Assembly: GCA_951406725.2 (NCBI GenBank)
Contig: OX597820.1
Span: forward strand, 113,708,001 to 113,772,000
Direction: 5' to 3'
DNA from: Octopus vulgaris
Taxonomy: Eukaryota
DNA length: 64,000 bases
Under the pieces are notes generated by a model. It was not told the origin of the DNA. It searched no databases and saw nothing but the letters and a program-made list of their open reading frames with translations. The translations under genes and the position numbers were made by a program. The number at the start of each line of letters is the position of its first letter. Positions within the stretch are counted from its first letter, which is position 1. Of the stretch, positions 12,927 through 27,558 are shown piece by piece.

Positions 12927-12927
12927 C
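12665..12927. repeat. Compound microsatellite (TA)n-(ATGT)n-(TA)n-(GATA)n
   Basis: Direct reading. Confidence 0.95.
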
Positions 12928-13738
12928 ATTTGATATATGCACGTGTGTGCGTGTGTCCGAGCACGCGCGCGCGCTCGTGTAGGAAGGGCGTGGTGGATGA
13001 GTGTATCTGCGAAGATATATATTGTTCATACATAACGTATACACATCTACACATCTACATATTTACATATTTACATATATTGTTCATACAGCCGAACAGA
13101 GAAAAAATATATTATCCACGCTTAGTGAAAGGCTTCAAACCAGCACCAGGTGGCGTTGAACAGCCTTAGCTGTTGGAGTTTAGCTAAGGTAATACTACCC
13201 TTCTGTAATCAGGTACGTTAATAGGGTGTTACCGCTGGCTGTTTCCTTTCCTATTTAAAGGCATGGAATCCCAAAAGCAAGATATTCTTTTCACGCTAAT
13301 TCTTGAAACTTTCAGCATTCGGTTTCTTCCTGAAATATATACGCGAGATATTTTCTGCAAAGAATCTCAAAAATTTCACAAGAAATATTTTCAGGGGCGT
13401 GCTGTATAAAGTTTTCACTTTATAGTTTTCTGCAGAAGATGCGCTTGTGTACACCATATGCAAAATACGCGCACACGCGTGCATATACCTGCATATATGT
13501 GTGTGCATATGGCTGCGCATGTGTATATATATATATGTGTGTGTGTGTGTGTACTTACATCTATATTCATATATATAAATACACAATACATACATGTATA
13601 TATAGTATGTGTGTGTGCGTGTATTTTGTATATATATAGTATTGTTTTATTGTGTGTATATATAGTGTGTGTGTGCGTGTATTGTGTATATATATTAAAT
13701 ACATTAGAAGGTTTGGAGATGATATACAGGTATTATAC

Positions 13739-13967
13739 ATTAGAAGAAATGAGGTACTCAAAAATCTGGATGGTTTTATATTTACAGATATTTATTTGTA
13801 TATTACATGTTTTTATAAATCATATATCATGTATTAGCGCTTTCGTCCACTCTAGTGGGGTTGTCGAAGTAAACTGTTCAATATGACTTATAAAAACATG
13901 TAACATACTAATAAATATCTGTAAATATAAAACCATTCAGATTTCTGAGTACCTCATTTCTTCTAAT
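13739..13967. repeat. Foldback element, 87-bp inverted arms (13739-13825 / 13881-13967)
   Basis: attagaagaaatgaggtactca... versus ...tgagtacctcatttcttctaat; the spacer holds a hammerhead 3' half on the minus strand. Confidence 0.85.
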
Positions 13968-16051
13968 ATAGTAAATATATATATGTGTGTGTGTGTGTAT
14001 ATATATACATATATATATAGTGTGTATATAAGCATGTGTTGTGTGTGTGTGTGTGTGTGGAGTATCTCATAATATCTATTTCGCCTCTTTGTACTCTAGG
14101 TTCAGATACTGTAGAAGCTAGCTTTATTTCCGTTCTTTGGAATCATTACAAAATAAAATTCCAAAAAACAAAGTTCGTATATAAGGAATCGATAACAACA
14201 AATTACAAATATTTGCTAGATCTGCTTTCAAGCTCAGTTTCTGAAAAGTACGCATAAGTAATCGCGATTTCGTTTGACTATACTCCTGGAAAGCGATAAA
14301 ATGGACGGCCACAAGATTTTTGTGTTTGCGGCTGGAAATTTCAACGTTTCTGGCCAGCCGTAAATGCAATCGAAAGCGCGTCCCCTGAAGTGTATTGTCT
14401 GGTTTTAAGAGTTAAGGTGAAGGCATCAATATCATTGAAAATCAAGTAAATCATCGTCGTCGTCGTCGTCGTCGTCGTCTACTATAAAAATAAAAACAGA
14501 AGAAAATGATAAGCCCTTGCGACAAGTACGAAACTAACAATGACACCATTAGCAAGCAGGTTACATTATTCCAGCCTTGAACAATGAAGATCTGTCTTTA
14601 TCTTTGACAAGTCCCTTATAAAAATTCACTTATTCCGCTGAGAGAGAGGTTATCCGAAAAGTCTATCTCACGAGACGTACAGTCCTGAAGCCCTCTGCTT
14701 TCGAAATCTATTTGTCTGGGATGCTTATGGGATGAGAAGTAGAGCTGAGGATAAGTTAAGAATATTAGAGTGCCCTTTTCTCCTTTTTTTAAGTTCACTC
14801 TCGAGAAATTTTCAGTCATGCAAAAGCAGCGGTCACTGCTATGATTTATAGTTTCTCTTCGTGACACATGCATTGCAAAGGGCATGCACTTCCGTAGGGC
14901 ATTTATCCACATTTTAACCCTTTTTTGCAACAACCCACCAGCAACTACTGCTGCTCCTATTATGCAAACTCCCTCTTTTAAAGTGATCTGAATTAAAACT
15001 GTCGATCAGAATGCCATGTTATATTCCAAATACCAACTAATAACGGCAAAGAAATTATAAGTTCTTCATTATTTTTTTAAATGATTGAAAGAGATGTAGT
15101 GCAGTTTAAGAAAGATATAGAAACAAAACGTTAAAGTGATCTAAACTAAAACTATCAAAGTTTCGTAGTAAATTGTTCCAACAACAAGCTTAATAATGAC
15201 AACGCTGTTTTACTAATTTCTTCAGGGCTGTTCAGCAGAAATATCGTATCACCAGAAACAAAAGCTGCAACAAACGTAGAGAAGGTGGATCTCTTATCTT
15301 GGTTGCTTATTTTTCAAGCAAAATATATTAAAGATGATAAGTTTACTTTGTTAAGGTAATTTTTAAATTTCAAGAATTAAGAATGAATTAATATTTATGC
15401 AGCTCCTAAGTGCTTTAAACAGACGAATATAGTTCTAACAAAATAATACAAAAATAACAGACGAAAGTGAGATCATATAACAATAGAATAATAGATTAAT
15501 CACCTCTCAGTTCACAAGAGTCGTAAAATATGTCTTAGAAGCCTACGGAATCATATATTGAGCTTATATGGATGATGTAACTTCTGTTGTTGTAGATTAC
15601 GTCATAATGTTTTATTGAAATGATTCAATACTTATAATGTACTAGCAAGACCTGTGACAATTCCATAGTGTAAGTCAGCATATTTGAAAACATTGTTATT
15701 ATATTAAAAACAACCAAGGAATTTTTTTAATTCTTTTCAAATCCTGTCATTTAATCAAAACTGTACTTTCAAATATGATCGAAATAAACTCAGAAAGTAT
15801 TGTTTGTTTTCCTTCTTTTAATATGTTAGACACACATATGATGTGCTTCACTGCCTATCCCTATATCTTTTAATGCATTAATTTTAAAATCTTCATGAAA
15901 TTTATAAATCTTCGACATTGTTTCAATGTATTAAACATTGCGACTCTGCCTGCGACTTGAACACACAAATGCAGAATAATAAAGACCTCCTCCTCTTCCT
16001 CTCTCTTCTCTATCTATCTCTATCTCTCAGTCGATCTCTCTATCTCTCTTT

Positions 16052-16086
<35 letters not shown>

Positions 16087-16900
16087 TAATCTCACCTCCT
16101 TCCCTTTCCTCCTTCTCTTTATATATATAGTTCTCCATTCGAGTTATTACCTCTTTTGTTGTAAGCGTAATACACGGACAAAACAGACAGTAACGCAGAC
16201 ACACGTTGAATAATAATGGCTGATAAAGTCATGAAGAAAAGAGGTATAACTCTGTCACTAAAGTTAATGTCTGACTTTTATTATCAGCGACACAAACTTA
16301 GTAAAGATTGGTTGGTTTCGTCTCTGGTACAAGAAAAGTTTTTGACTAGTGCAATAAGGCTCGCTTCAACACAAACAGAGCACATATCGATGCGTTTTAA
16401 TTAAAGTACAAATCACAAAAGTACTCGACAAATAACTATTGGTAATCATAAATAATTCAAGACTGCAATGTTAGTTTCTTGCGGGAAATAAAGCTGAATG
16501 GAAATTTTGATACACCACAATTGAAGAAAATGTGATTCATTGTACTTCATAGCTTTACAGTCTTATCGCATGAGAGAGAGAGAGAGAGAGAGAGACGGAA
16601 GCGAGGCAGGCAGAAACCGAGTTAGAGAAACGGAGAAAGAGGGAGTATGAGTGTGTGCGTACGTCCTGTGTAAATTCTCAAATGTATCGTGAGAGTATTT
16701 GCAAGGGTCTCATAAGTCAAGAAGGATAGTATATAAATATGTAATGTAAATGACATTCATTAAAATAATAGTTACATTCCCCAGGCATTATTGTTTTAAT
16801 CAGATAAGCGCATTAAAAAAAATATTCACTTATTACTCACACTCACACACTCACACACTCACACACACCACCACCACACACCACCACAAACCACACACCT

Positions 16901-17131
16901 ATTTCTTTACTACCCACAAGGGGCTAAACACAGAGAAAACAAACAAGGACAGACAAACGGATTAAGTCGATTATATCGACCCCAGTGCGTAACTGGTACT
17001 TATTTGTCGACCCCGAAAGGATGAAAGGCAAAGTCAACCTCGGCGGAATTTGAACTCAGAACGCAGCGGTGGACGAAATACCACAAAGCATTTCGCCCGG
17101 TGTGCTAACGTTTCTGCCAGCTCGCCGCCTT
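16901..17131 (-). mobile_element. SINE family A
   Basis: Close match to 39485-39722. Confidence 0.88.
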
Positions 17132-17271
17132 ATTACTCACACACTCACACACACCACACACCACACAGCCCCACTCACACATATATGATCGACATATATA
17201 TGTATGTGTGGGTAAATGAAATGTGTATCTGTGTGCATGAATATGTATGTATATGTATATATGCATGGATA

Positions 17272-18155
17272 CAGGGTGCGAGGAGTATTTGAGGACAGTT
17301 TCGGTATACAATAAAACAACTATTTTTCAGCATAAATATATATTTGAATAAACATTTGCTCCATTAGTCTTGCTAATGATTTTTAAAGCAAATTATTCTA
17401 TGAAACCGCCTTCAGTTTCGACGACTGCTTCAATGCGGGACAGAAACCGCTGGCATGCTGACACTATGTGGTCCTTATTCATTTCGGACATCACCTGGAC
17501 ATTGACGGCCTTCAGTGAAGCTTTGGTATTTTGAGGATGACGATTGGTCTCCCTTTCAACAGCGCTCCACACGTAGTAGTCCATGGGGTTCAAATCTGGC
17601 GAGTTTGGAGGCCCCATATTGGTTGTTACATAATCGTAAAAATTGTCTGACAACCATTCTTGGGTGACTGGGGCTTTGTGAGAAGGCACTGAGTCTTGCT
17701 GAAACACATATGGCTTTCCGTTGCATACTTCATCAATCCAGGGCTTGATAACAGTTTCCAGTACCTCAATGTATACAGCAGCATTAATTATTAAGACCCT
17801 GTGGAAAAAAGTGGGGAGGCATCACATGACCTTTGCTACTCACCACTCCAAAAACCATCACAGTTGCTGGAAATTTCGTGTGCATCACCTGTCATTTCTT
17901 CTGTTGGACTTTTGAACCTGGCCAAAGTATTTTTCGTCAGAGAAAATCCAAAGCATGCTTTGTTCATGAGGGTTTTTGCACTTTGCTAAGTAACCGTTTT
18001 GAACGGACGAGACGGTTTTCCTGTGTCTTTGCAGACACGAATTAGCCTTTCCTCATTGCATGGGATTTGTATCGAATGTCACGATGTACCACAGTTCTGA
18101 CTGTCCACTCTGACACCCGAAGTTCTTTAGTAATGGTCTTCATTGATCTTCTGGG
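17272..18155 (-). mobile_element. Degenerate maT-type (DD37D) Tc1/mariner transposon, 3' part
   Basis: ORF 17393-17707 FQQDSVPSH...PPNSPDLNPMDYYVW has 37 residues between the last two Asp; end is TA|CAGGGTG; upstream has stops and frameshifts. Confidence 0.85.
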
Positions 18156-19335
18156 GTTGGACCGCCTTTTGCAGTAATTAAAGCTTGAATTCTACGAGTT
18201 ATGGACTCATACAAAGTTTGAATTGTTTCCAAAGGAATGTTTGTCCATTCTTCAGGTAAAACAGTCTCCAGTTCTTGTAGTGATGATGGTGGAGGATATC
18301 GACTCCTTACTTGTTTTTCTTAAATGCACCATAAACATTGAAGACTGTGGTGGCCAAATAAGATGTTCAACTTCACTAGAATGTTCCTAGTGCCATTCAG
18401 TAACAACATTAACTGTGTGAATTGGTGTATCATCATCCTGAAAGATTGCCTTTCCCTCTGGAAACAGTTCCGCAACCATAGGATGAATTTGATCAGATAA
18501 AATGCTTAGTCTTGACTATTAATTCTGCCATGAAGAGAAACCATCGGGTTGGCGGATTTCCAAGATATAGCCCTCACCCCCAGATCATCACAGATCCTCC
18601 TCCATGCTTAACAGTTGGAAGAAGACAGTCTGGGTCAAATGCTTCTTTTGGCTATCTTCACACTCGGCCAGAGATCGGAAATAAAGTAAATGATGACTAG
18701 TCCGAGAAAATAACATTCTTCCACTGCTCGAGGGACTAATTCTGTAAGTTTTTACTCCAATCGAAACGCTTTGCAACATTTGATTTTGAAAGTAGTGGTT
18801 TTCTGATTGCAGCCCTCCCTTGATATCCGGCTCTGCACGGCTCCCGGCGAACAGTTTTTGTGGAAACTGGATTCTTGAGGTGGTCATTAAGCTCTGCAGT
18901 AATTTTGGGAGCCGTACTTTTGTGATCCTTCCTAACAATTCGCGTAAGAGTCCAACCTGAAAGTTTTGGTTTTCTTCCGGAGAATTGTTTCGAGGAGAAG
19001 GTTTTTCCCTCTTTCTCAAAGGCTGTCATTACTTTCGAGACAGGACTTCTTGATACACCAAATATTTCGGCTGTTTTCGTTACGCTAGCGCCTGCCATAC
19101 GAGCATCAACAATTTAACCTCTTTGAAAGTCCGATAGATCTGTCATTTTAATGGATTTTAATTACCTTTTTCTGATGATATCTGAAAAGAAACAGCAATT
19201 TTAGCAAAACATATTAAGCAAAAATAATAATAAATCAAAAAACATAAAAATAAACAAGATTTTGACGGGTTTATATATATTTCGAAATTATGATGCTATG
19301 ATGCTAGGTGTTCCCATTATTTTGTCCAACCCCTG
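18156..19335 (-). mobile_element. Degenerate Tc1-like transposon, 3' end missing
   Basis: HTH region MAGASVTKTAEIFGVSRS, GRKPKL, RKPLLS, WKNVIFSD, IFQDDDTPIH, WPPQS, C-terminal AKGGPTP; end TA|CAGGGGTTGGACAAAATAATGGGAACACC. Confidence 0.88.
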
Positions 19336-19795
19336 TATATATATATATGTGCGTGTGTGTGTATGTAGAGAGAGAGAGGGTGGAGATCGGTTGGAATGGG
19401 TAACGTTCAATACACATGTATATATATCTATAATTGTTTTGTGTATAGATCTTACGTCTGTTAGTGTCAGGGTAGGTTAATCGCTGTGCTATTGACACTT
19501 ATTGAGGCAGAAATATGTTGTCCTCTTCTCTCCATCAAAACAGACTTTCTTTAATGACAAAATCAGCTATGGAGAATTCTTGAGTCATCATTTAGAGTCT
19601 CTAGTAATTCTTTATTGTCTCTCGAAACGAAGATAGTTTCAATAGATCGCGAATTTATCTTGTATAATAATTTAATGTATATTTATTCGTCTTTGTTACT
19701 CAAATTTATGCCACTGACCATTCTGAGTTATTTTTACTTGCAGATTTTTATGAGTGTATATGTGTGGGTTTGTGTGAGGGTGTGCGTGCATAAAT

Positions 19796-20055
19796 GGAAG
19801 ACGCGGGACTTAATGGTTAGGATGTTACTCTCAAGGTCGCTAGGTCATGGGTTCGATTCATGGACAGGGAGGCGTTTTGTATTCTTGAGCGAAACACTTC
19901 GTTTCACGCTGCTCCAGTCCACTCGGCTGATCAGGGGGAACGTCGGTCTGCTCGCCTAGCCAGCAGAGTGACGTCATTCGAAAGCTAAAACAATGCGAAG
20001 CGCATTGTGACGGGCGATGTATAACAACGTATGATAGTCTGGTCGATACCGTGAT
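19796..20055 (+). mobile_element. SINE family C
   Basis: ggttcgattc B box; cttgagcgaaacacttcgtttcacgctgctccagtccactcggctg. Confidence 0.75.
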
Positions 20056-20171
20056 ATATATATATATTTATATATATATGTGACCGCGTCTTTCCTGAGC
20101 GTCCAATAACACTATACTTCTTCCACGTCCTCGCGTTGTTGTTTTTTCTCTTTGTGTTTTCATGTTTGGAT

Positions 20172-20236
<65 letters not shown>

Positions 20237-20390
20237 GTATAGAGAGGGAAGAGTACGAAAAGAAACAACTCAATGTGGTCAAAGGCATGAACTTCTTATA
20301 TGTGTGTGTGTGTGTATGTATGTATATTTATTTATTATTTATATGTAGTTACAAGTTACATTCACTCATGTCAACATGATTTCGTTACAG

Positions 20391-20450
20391 AGCGACACTG
20401 GTGAAGACAATCTAATCGCGCTCCAGGCTTCTGTTACTGATCCCTCTGAC
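20391..20450 (+). CDS. Internal exon, 60 nt, phase 0/0 (SDTGEDNLIALQASVTDPSD)
   Basis: tttcgttacag acceptor; gtaagt donor; only frame 0 is open. Confidence 0.7.
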
Positions 20451-21548
20451 GTAAGTATAATCACGTGATACAAAAGGTGAAATGGGAAGTAGTGGAGAGA
20501 TTGTATGAGGAGAGCGAAAAGATGAGATATTTATGTAATATAAAAAGAGCATGCATATGTATGTATATACAAGATCGTGGTATATAATATGTGAGAATTT
20601 TTGTTTATTTTACAAAAATATATATATTTCTGAGACGACGTTATGTGTCTCAAGAGCTGCTGATTGAATTTTTATTCCGTTGTTTTATATTTGATAGTTC
20701 CGTAATGAAATCGTCTTTAAAATGTAGGATAACACTATTATGAAACGCATGCGCAATGAATATCTGAATGAATATCTGACTGGCGTAAATTCTGAGGAAG
20801 TCATCTATCTATTTGTGCGTGTGTTTGCGCGCGTATTTGTGTGCCTGTGTATTGTGCTTGAGCGTGTGTATGTGCGCATGTGTGTATTTCCAGAAACACA
20901 TATAGGTTTGGATAATAGAGAAGAAAGTACGCAATACTCGTAACAGTTTATTTAAGTGTTCATCCAATCAATTAAAAGCTTTTATTCTCCAACACCATAC
21001 TCAGTGTTTCTCGTTTCCGTGAATGTATATAAAGTACAGAAACGGGGGTGGGGGACTGGGGTCAATTTACTCAATTATACCCCTTTCTCTTCTCTGCACC
21101 AAAAGAAAATTTCAGTGTCTGATTGAATATATATGACTATATATTGAGAGCTATGTATGTGTTCGTGGAGAGGGGGGGACGCTAGGGTAAATATTTACTT
21201 TTACACCCGTCTACAAACTCTGATCGGCGGATTTTGGGAATAGCTATCACTACCTCATGGAGAAAGGAAAAGACAAGAAGGATTTGGGTGTTTGTTTTAT
21301 TCTGTGAAAGAATTTCTTGTCCAAGCCATATAATCTTTTACATTTACCCCACCCCAATTCCGTGCTCTTTTCCGGTAAATTTTTACTATTACCGTATTTT
21401 GCAGCATGGAAAAGATTCGTTTTTGCATTTAAAAAATTTACCTTGCGTCTTCCATAATGCTAGCTGAGACGTTGTTGCTGTGGTTTTCTGAACTCAACGG
21501 GTGGTTGGCAACGGTTACTATCGAGCCCCGGTATCTCGTAGGTCAGCG

Positions 21549-21623
<75 letters not shown>

Positions 21624-21636
21624 TGTGTGTGTATGA

Positions 21637-21941
21637 CAGATTTCTTTCAGTTTCCGTCTATCTACAGGGTGTCCACAAAGTCTGGGTACATGGGGATTAA
21701 CACATAATTTAAGAAATTATTATTTCTTATATTTAATTCGTTATGTTATGATTTTATTTACTCCATGTACCCAGACTTTGTGGACACCCTGTAGAGTGGA
21801 TTTCAGAATCCACTCACAAGGTTTTGGTCAGTCCGGTGCAATAGCAGAGGGTACCTGCCCAAGGTGCCGCATAGCGAGACTGAACCCAAGGTCACATGAT
21901 TGGGAAGCATTTCTCTGAACTACACAGGCACGTCTGCGCCT
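21637..21941 (-). mobile_element. SINE family B 5' half, interrupted by the MITE at 21665-21791
   Basis: ttctttcagtttccgtcta | aatccactcacaagg...gcccaaggtgcc. Confidence 0.75.
21665..21791. mobile_element. Tc1/mariner-type MITE, 127 bp, 29-bp perfect TIRs, TA target duplication, inserted in a SINE
   Basis: TA|cagggtgtccacaaagtctgggtacatgg ... ccatgtacccagactttgtggacaccctg|TA. Confidence 0.92.
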
Positions 21942-22695
21942 GTATATAAAAGAATCTTTCACCTTGAATTACATTCACAAAATCAAGATGCGTCTTCCAC
22001 GATGCTGCCATTCCGCAAAATACGGTACACTCGTCTCACAAGACGGGTGTACTAATAAATATTTTCTGCCAGTACCCTCGAGTATATGTGTTACTGTGTG
22101 CATTAATAGTGTTAACGATAACGGAAGCTAGTTGTATAACTTCCTGCTTTTCTTAAAATTTTGCTTTCTTTGCTTCAATAAATTCGCTAATTGCAATTTT
22201 TATATATTTTTGGAATTCTATTTTTAACCCTATTTTAACTGATTAAATTTTGTTTGTATATTTATGGATTATATTACATTTGTTTTGCTTTGTTTAATTA
22301 ATTATTTTTATTGTTTTGTTTCAAATATTGTTTTATTAATTCATTTATTTGTTTATCCATTTTTTAATTGTTCTTTTCTCTCTTTGTTCTTTTGCATTTC
22401 CACATTCATGCTGCTTCTTATATCCGCTTCTTGTGACAACACTACATGCCATTTTCCATAAATATTAACATTATCATATTAAATTTCCCACCACTGTTTC
22501 ACACACACACACACACACGTATAATTATCTTAAACGTCTAAGAACATGATACCATCTCTACAAACCATTTTCCAAATATATTAGCATTGTCATGTTAAAT
22601 AGTCAACAACTATTTGTTATATATATATATATATATATGTGTGTGTATTCATATGTAAATGTATATTATTATATATATATATTCATATGTAAATG

Positions 22696-22984
<289 letters not shown>

Positions 22985-23063
22985 TATATATATTCATATA
23001 TATATATATATATTCATATACATATTCATATATATATATATATATTCATATGTATATGTATAT

Positions 23064-23141
<78 letters not shown>

Positions 23142-23288
23142 CATTATATGTACGTGTATGTATATATGTATGTGTGTATGTATGTATATGTGAATGTATG
23201 CAGGTATGTATGTTTTTGTGTATGTATGGTATATGTATGCAGGTATGTATGTGTGTGTGCATGTATGCATGCACGTATGTATATATGC

Positions 23289-23789
23289 ATGGTCGGGTCG
23301 TCGGCGACTAAACCGGCAACCCCACTAAGCTTGCTTGGTGAGGAGGGTGTTTATTGGACACCCTGCGGGATGAAAAACAAAACCCGTCAAAGGGCAGAGG
23401 AACTCTTGAGAGTCAACGGCCATCCAATAAATGTCTTAAAGCTGTATCATGCGCGGGGACGTAGAAATAATCGGATTGAATACCCGATTGCACAGTTAAA
23501 CCATTAGGAGTGAAGGACTCCTAACCTTTGTTAGGGCATCCTTCTAGGAGAAGGCAACTCAGGTAACTGGGATAACTGCGACATAAAACCTGCGGCTCAG
23601 TGGTTACCGATGATGTTGACTTGTTCTTCTTTTCGGATTATGGCTGCTGTTGCTTAGTGAGTGGGATTGACTCAGTGCACAGCCTTTCCTCACTTTAAAA
23701 ATATCTTCTTGCACAGGCATTGCATGATAACAACATTGATTAAGCTTCGTGCAATGGCCATACTCGATAACGAGGGGGCAGCCACCACA
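23289..23789 (+). mobile_element. Interspersed repeat resembling an RTE-clade LINE 5' UTR or derived SINE
   Basis: GC-richer block between microsatellites; gggcatccttctaggagaaggcaactc and tttcctcactttaaaaa recalled as RTE 5' features, not verified. Confidence 0.4.
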
Positions 23790-24799
23790 TATATGTATGT
23801 ATATATTTTACTGGTTGACGAATGTTTCAATTGCAAACGCAGTGAGCATCGGTCCAAACTCTAATGACCACTGAAAGAAAACGGTGAAGCATTCGCTAAA
23901 TGAAGACACCATTGCCACTTGCCTCAGTTCTTCACTTACTAATATACAGCAAAACAAGGGCAGGAGGTCTTTTTCCGACACACACACACACACACACACC
24001 AGCACTATCATTTTTTACAGTACCTTCCCATAATGCATTGCCGTTATCCTTTAATCAATTAACCAACAGTATGGCTTTATTATCTCTTTACAAATGTTTT
24101 AATGCTTTTTGTTCTTAATATTGTTGTTGTTATTGATTTTTGTTTTTTCTTGTTGTTTTCTTTTGTTGTTGTTTTTGTTTCTTTGTTTTTTTTTGCTTTA
24201 TGTTTTCAGAAGTGCTGCCCACTCAATTTCGAACTCTTCACCCACGAATGCGGGCGAAGTGACAATTGCTTTGCTTATGTCACGCTGATTTCTTACTAAT
24301 ATAAGGTCACTCTTTCGCTCTTTCCTTTTGTCTCCGTTTCTTTATCTCTTTCCCTTTCCTTTTCGTTCTTTTACCGTCTGTCTTTCTCCCCCCCTCTCTC
24401 TCTCTCTTGCTCTCTCTCTCTCTCTCGCTGTCTGCCTCTTCTCTTACTTACTCTCCCTAATTTCACTTTATATTTCCAAATAGTTGATCGAAATAGATAT
24501 AGAAGTAAATACACCCAATAATTGTGCCTAGTCTAGGCAGAAAGCGACAAAACCGGAAAACAGATACCCACACGGGAAACAGACACAGAAGGTCACCAAA
24601 TCTTCAATTTCGTGCCTTCAATGACAATATTGATCCCCTTCTGGTGATACCGACAGCACGATATCGTTGGGGAATGGAGAACCATCGAACAAGGGACCAA
24701 AAATGGTAGAAAATGAACAAACAAGAAATAAACAAATATGCAATACAGAAAGTGAACATACAAATATGAAATACAAGTAATTCAAGATGAGACCATTAT

Positions 24800-25490
24800 T
24801 GGCATTTCACCCGAATTTTACAATCCGATTTCAAATTCCACCAAAGACATCTTTGCCTTTCATCCTTTCGGAGTCGATAAAATAAGTACGAGTTGAATAC
24901 TGGTGTCGATGTAATAGACTTCTCCCTTCCCTCAAAAACTGCTAGCCCGATGCCAAAATTTGAAATCATTATTGTGTCTACTCTAAGTTATAATATTTTA
25001 TGCCTAAGTGAAGGCGGGTAGCTGACAGAATCGTTAGCACGTTGCACAGAATGCTTTTCAGCACTTCTTCCAGTGATTGTGTAACAATATCGATGTCAAT
25101 TATAGGGCGGCAGGCAGAATCGTTAGCACACAGGGTAAAATGCTTAGCGGCGTTTCGTCCGTCTTTACGTTCTGTGTTCAAGTTCCGCCGCGGTCGACCT
25201 TGACTTTTATCCTTTCATAGTCGATAAAATAAGTACCAGTTGAGTACTGGAGTCGATCTAATCGACTTAACCCACTCCGAATATTTGGAACCAATATTTC
25301 TGCTAGTGATACTGCTGGAAGAATTAGTAGAGCATCTGATAAAATGCATTGCGATATATTGTTGCAACTCTTTACATTCCAAATTCGAATTCTGCTTTGT
25401 CTTTCATCCTTTCAGGGTCGATAAAGAAGTACCAGTACCCCACCCCCCGAACTTGATGGTCCTGTGCCAAAATTTAAAAATCAATCTCGG
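24800..25490 (+). mobile_element. Head-to-tail array of old SINE family A copies
   Basis: Core tttcatccttt...gtcgataaa at about 24860, 25205 and 25403. Confidence 0.75.
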
Positions 25491-25820
25491 CATGGATGGT
25501 GTAGCAGTGTAGTAATAGTTGTATAGCGTATTGTGGAGATTGTGGTTGTGTTTAGTTGCAAAGTCGCTGAAGGTGATGCTGTAGAAGCTACACTATCAAT
25601 ACAGTACAAGCACTAGTATTAATAATGCTAAGGTTTAGTGCTTAGATCACTCACAATGCAATAAATGTAGCACGACTGCACCAAAGTTCCTCTGCACTTG
25701 ATAACCTATTAACATTGCACTGCTTCGCTGTTCTTCCATATGCATTTTCTTTTCTTTCTTTTCTTTTTTTTTCAATGTAACTTTCATTTTTAACCCCGCG
25801 GGGTGCATATATATATATAA

Positions 25821-26052
25821 AAGGGCGGCGAGCTGGCAGAAACGTTAGCACGCCGGCGAAATGCGCAGCCGTTTTTCGTCTGTCGTTACGTTCCGAGTTC
25901 AAATTCCGCCGAGGTTGACTTTGCCTTTCATCCTTTCGGGGTCGATAAATAAAGTACCAGTTACGCACTGGGGTCGATGTAATCGACTTAATCCCTTTGT
26001 CTGTCCTTGTTTGTCACCTCTATGTTTAGCCCCTTGTGGGTAGTAAAGAAAT
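25821..26052 (+). mobile_element. SINE family A
   Basis: ggcggcgagctggcagaaacgttagc...cccttgtgggtagtaaagaaat. Confidence 0.88.
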
Positions 26053-27511
26053 ATATATATATATATATATATATATAGTGGGGTGCAGCTTTGTTCTGTT
26101 CTTACTGATTGACAGCTGATGTTTGTAGCCCCATAAACAAGCAGTTTAGCAAAAAGTATCCGACAGAATAACTACCCGACTTAAGTAAGTACTAGAATTC
26201 AATGGACCGACTAAACTCTTGCCCCAGCTTGGCCGCAGTCCAACGACTGCAACAACGGAAAGAATATAAGAATAAAAGAAATGTAATTTGGTTGCTAGGG
26301 AGATAACAGTGGAAGATTCGTGCCTGGCAACTGAAATACTTCTTTCAATCAGATTAGATCATATAAGCTTCAATATTATCAAATTCCCTTGGTCTGATGT
26401 CATAATATATACAATCCATGAATATCCTCAGTTTAAAATTCACTGATGTTAACTTTAATAATAAATACGTCATAGCGATTATGCAATATACCATACAGCA
26501 AAAGACTGCACTAATCTTGATTGTATATATAAAAAGAACATAACTACAAAGTGTCGTCTTGTCTCCTAAAATAATTCCATTAAGATGTATTATAGGAATT
26601 ATAGAACAACTGCTGTGTTTAAATATAGTACTGCACTAATCTAAAATGTGGTGGTGAAGTTATATACTTTATCTTTTTTAACCTTTAACATGCTGTACGC
26701 GCATCATATCACCGTACGAGTTTTCTCCCCTCTCGATGCGACACAATGCGCCTGCGGTCACAGGGCGGTAACTCTTACGGCAACAGTCAGTTGGTATATC
26801 TTATCCGTTTGTCCACCTTCTCGCTTCTACACTCACTGTACGGACGCATCATCGAGAGTTAAACAAAATTTCCCATTCCATATTTTTAATATGGGTGTAT
26901 TTCATTTCGATCTACCGTTTCGCCGTTCTGTCCAAACATTTTCATTGATTACAGTGTGTGTGTGTGTGTGTGTGTATACAACATGACAGATCATCAATTA
27001 CCAAATTCATAATCATTTCATGCTGTTGGTAGTAAAATTGGTGCAAATGTACTTAATTGTAGTAAACTAAAAAATTTTAATTAAAATTACGCCCCTAATG
27101 ACGATAAACAATCATAAGCTTAAAGATAAAGTTTGGTGTAGAAAGGCGGGGGAGTACTCCAGAATTTGAATTAATTAAAATTAAAAGTATAATGCAGTGA
27201 TGATTGAGTAGCGTAACAGTTAAAGTAATCGTAAGAGTTTTCATGTTATTGACAAAAACATGAAATAGACCATATTTATTGCTAAAAACAAGAAACCCAA
27301 AACTGCAACAAGTATCATGTGATAATCTATAAAGATGATTCGATATAAAATTGGTAAAATTTATGCAAACTTAAACGTGAATGTTCCATAGGAACAAACT
27401 GTACTGCGCTTAGATATCACGAGAGAAACTTATATTGGCTTTTGGTGAAAAACTCATTCTTGTTCATATCACTGGTTAGGAGATAAATTCCCACCATCTC
27501 CAGCGCCGAGA

Positions 27512-27558
27512 CCACCAGATCACATAATTTCGACCTTCCTTGGTCTTGTCAATGACGG
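27512..27558 (-). ncRNA. Type I hammerhead ribozyme fold (U3-A8 core variant), AUC cleavage triplet
   Basis: Minus strand: CCGUCA-UUGACAA-GACC-AAGGAA-GGUC-GAAA-UUAUGUGA-UC-UGGUGG; stems I (6 bp, two G-U), II (4 bp) and III (4 bp) all pair. Confidence 0.75.

Noticed and set aside
15226-15294. Exon candidate after ttcttcag
   Set aside because: Frame 0 hits TAG, the donors are weak, and the acceptor lies in a repeat fragment
24210-24278. Exon candidate after a long T-tract (KCCPLNFELFTHECGRSDNCFAY, 69 nt)
   Set aside because: Good acceptor but only a weak gtcacg donor; not supportable without RNA-seq
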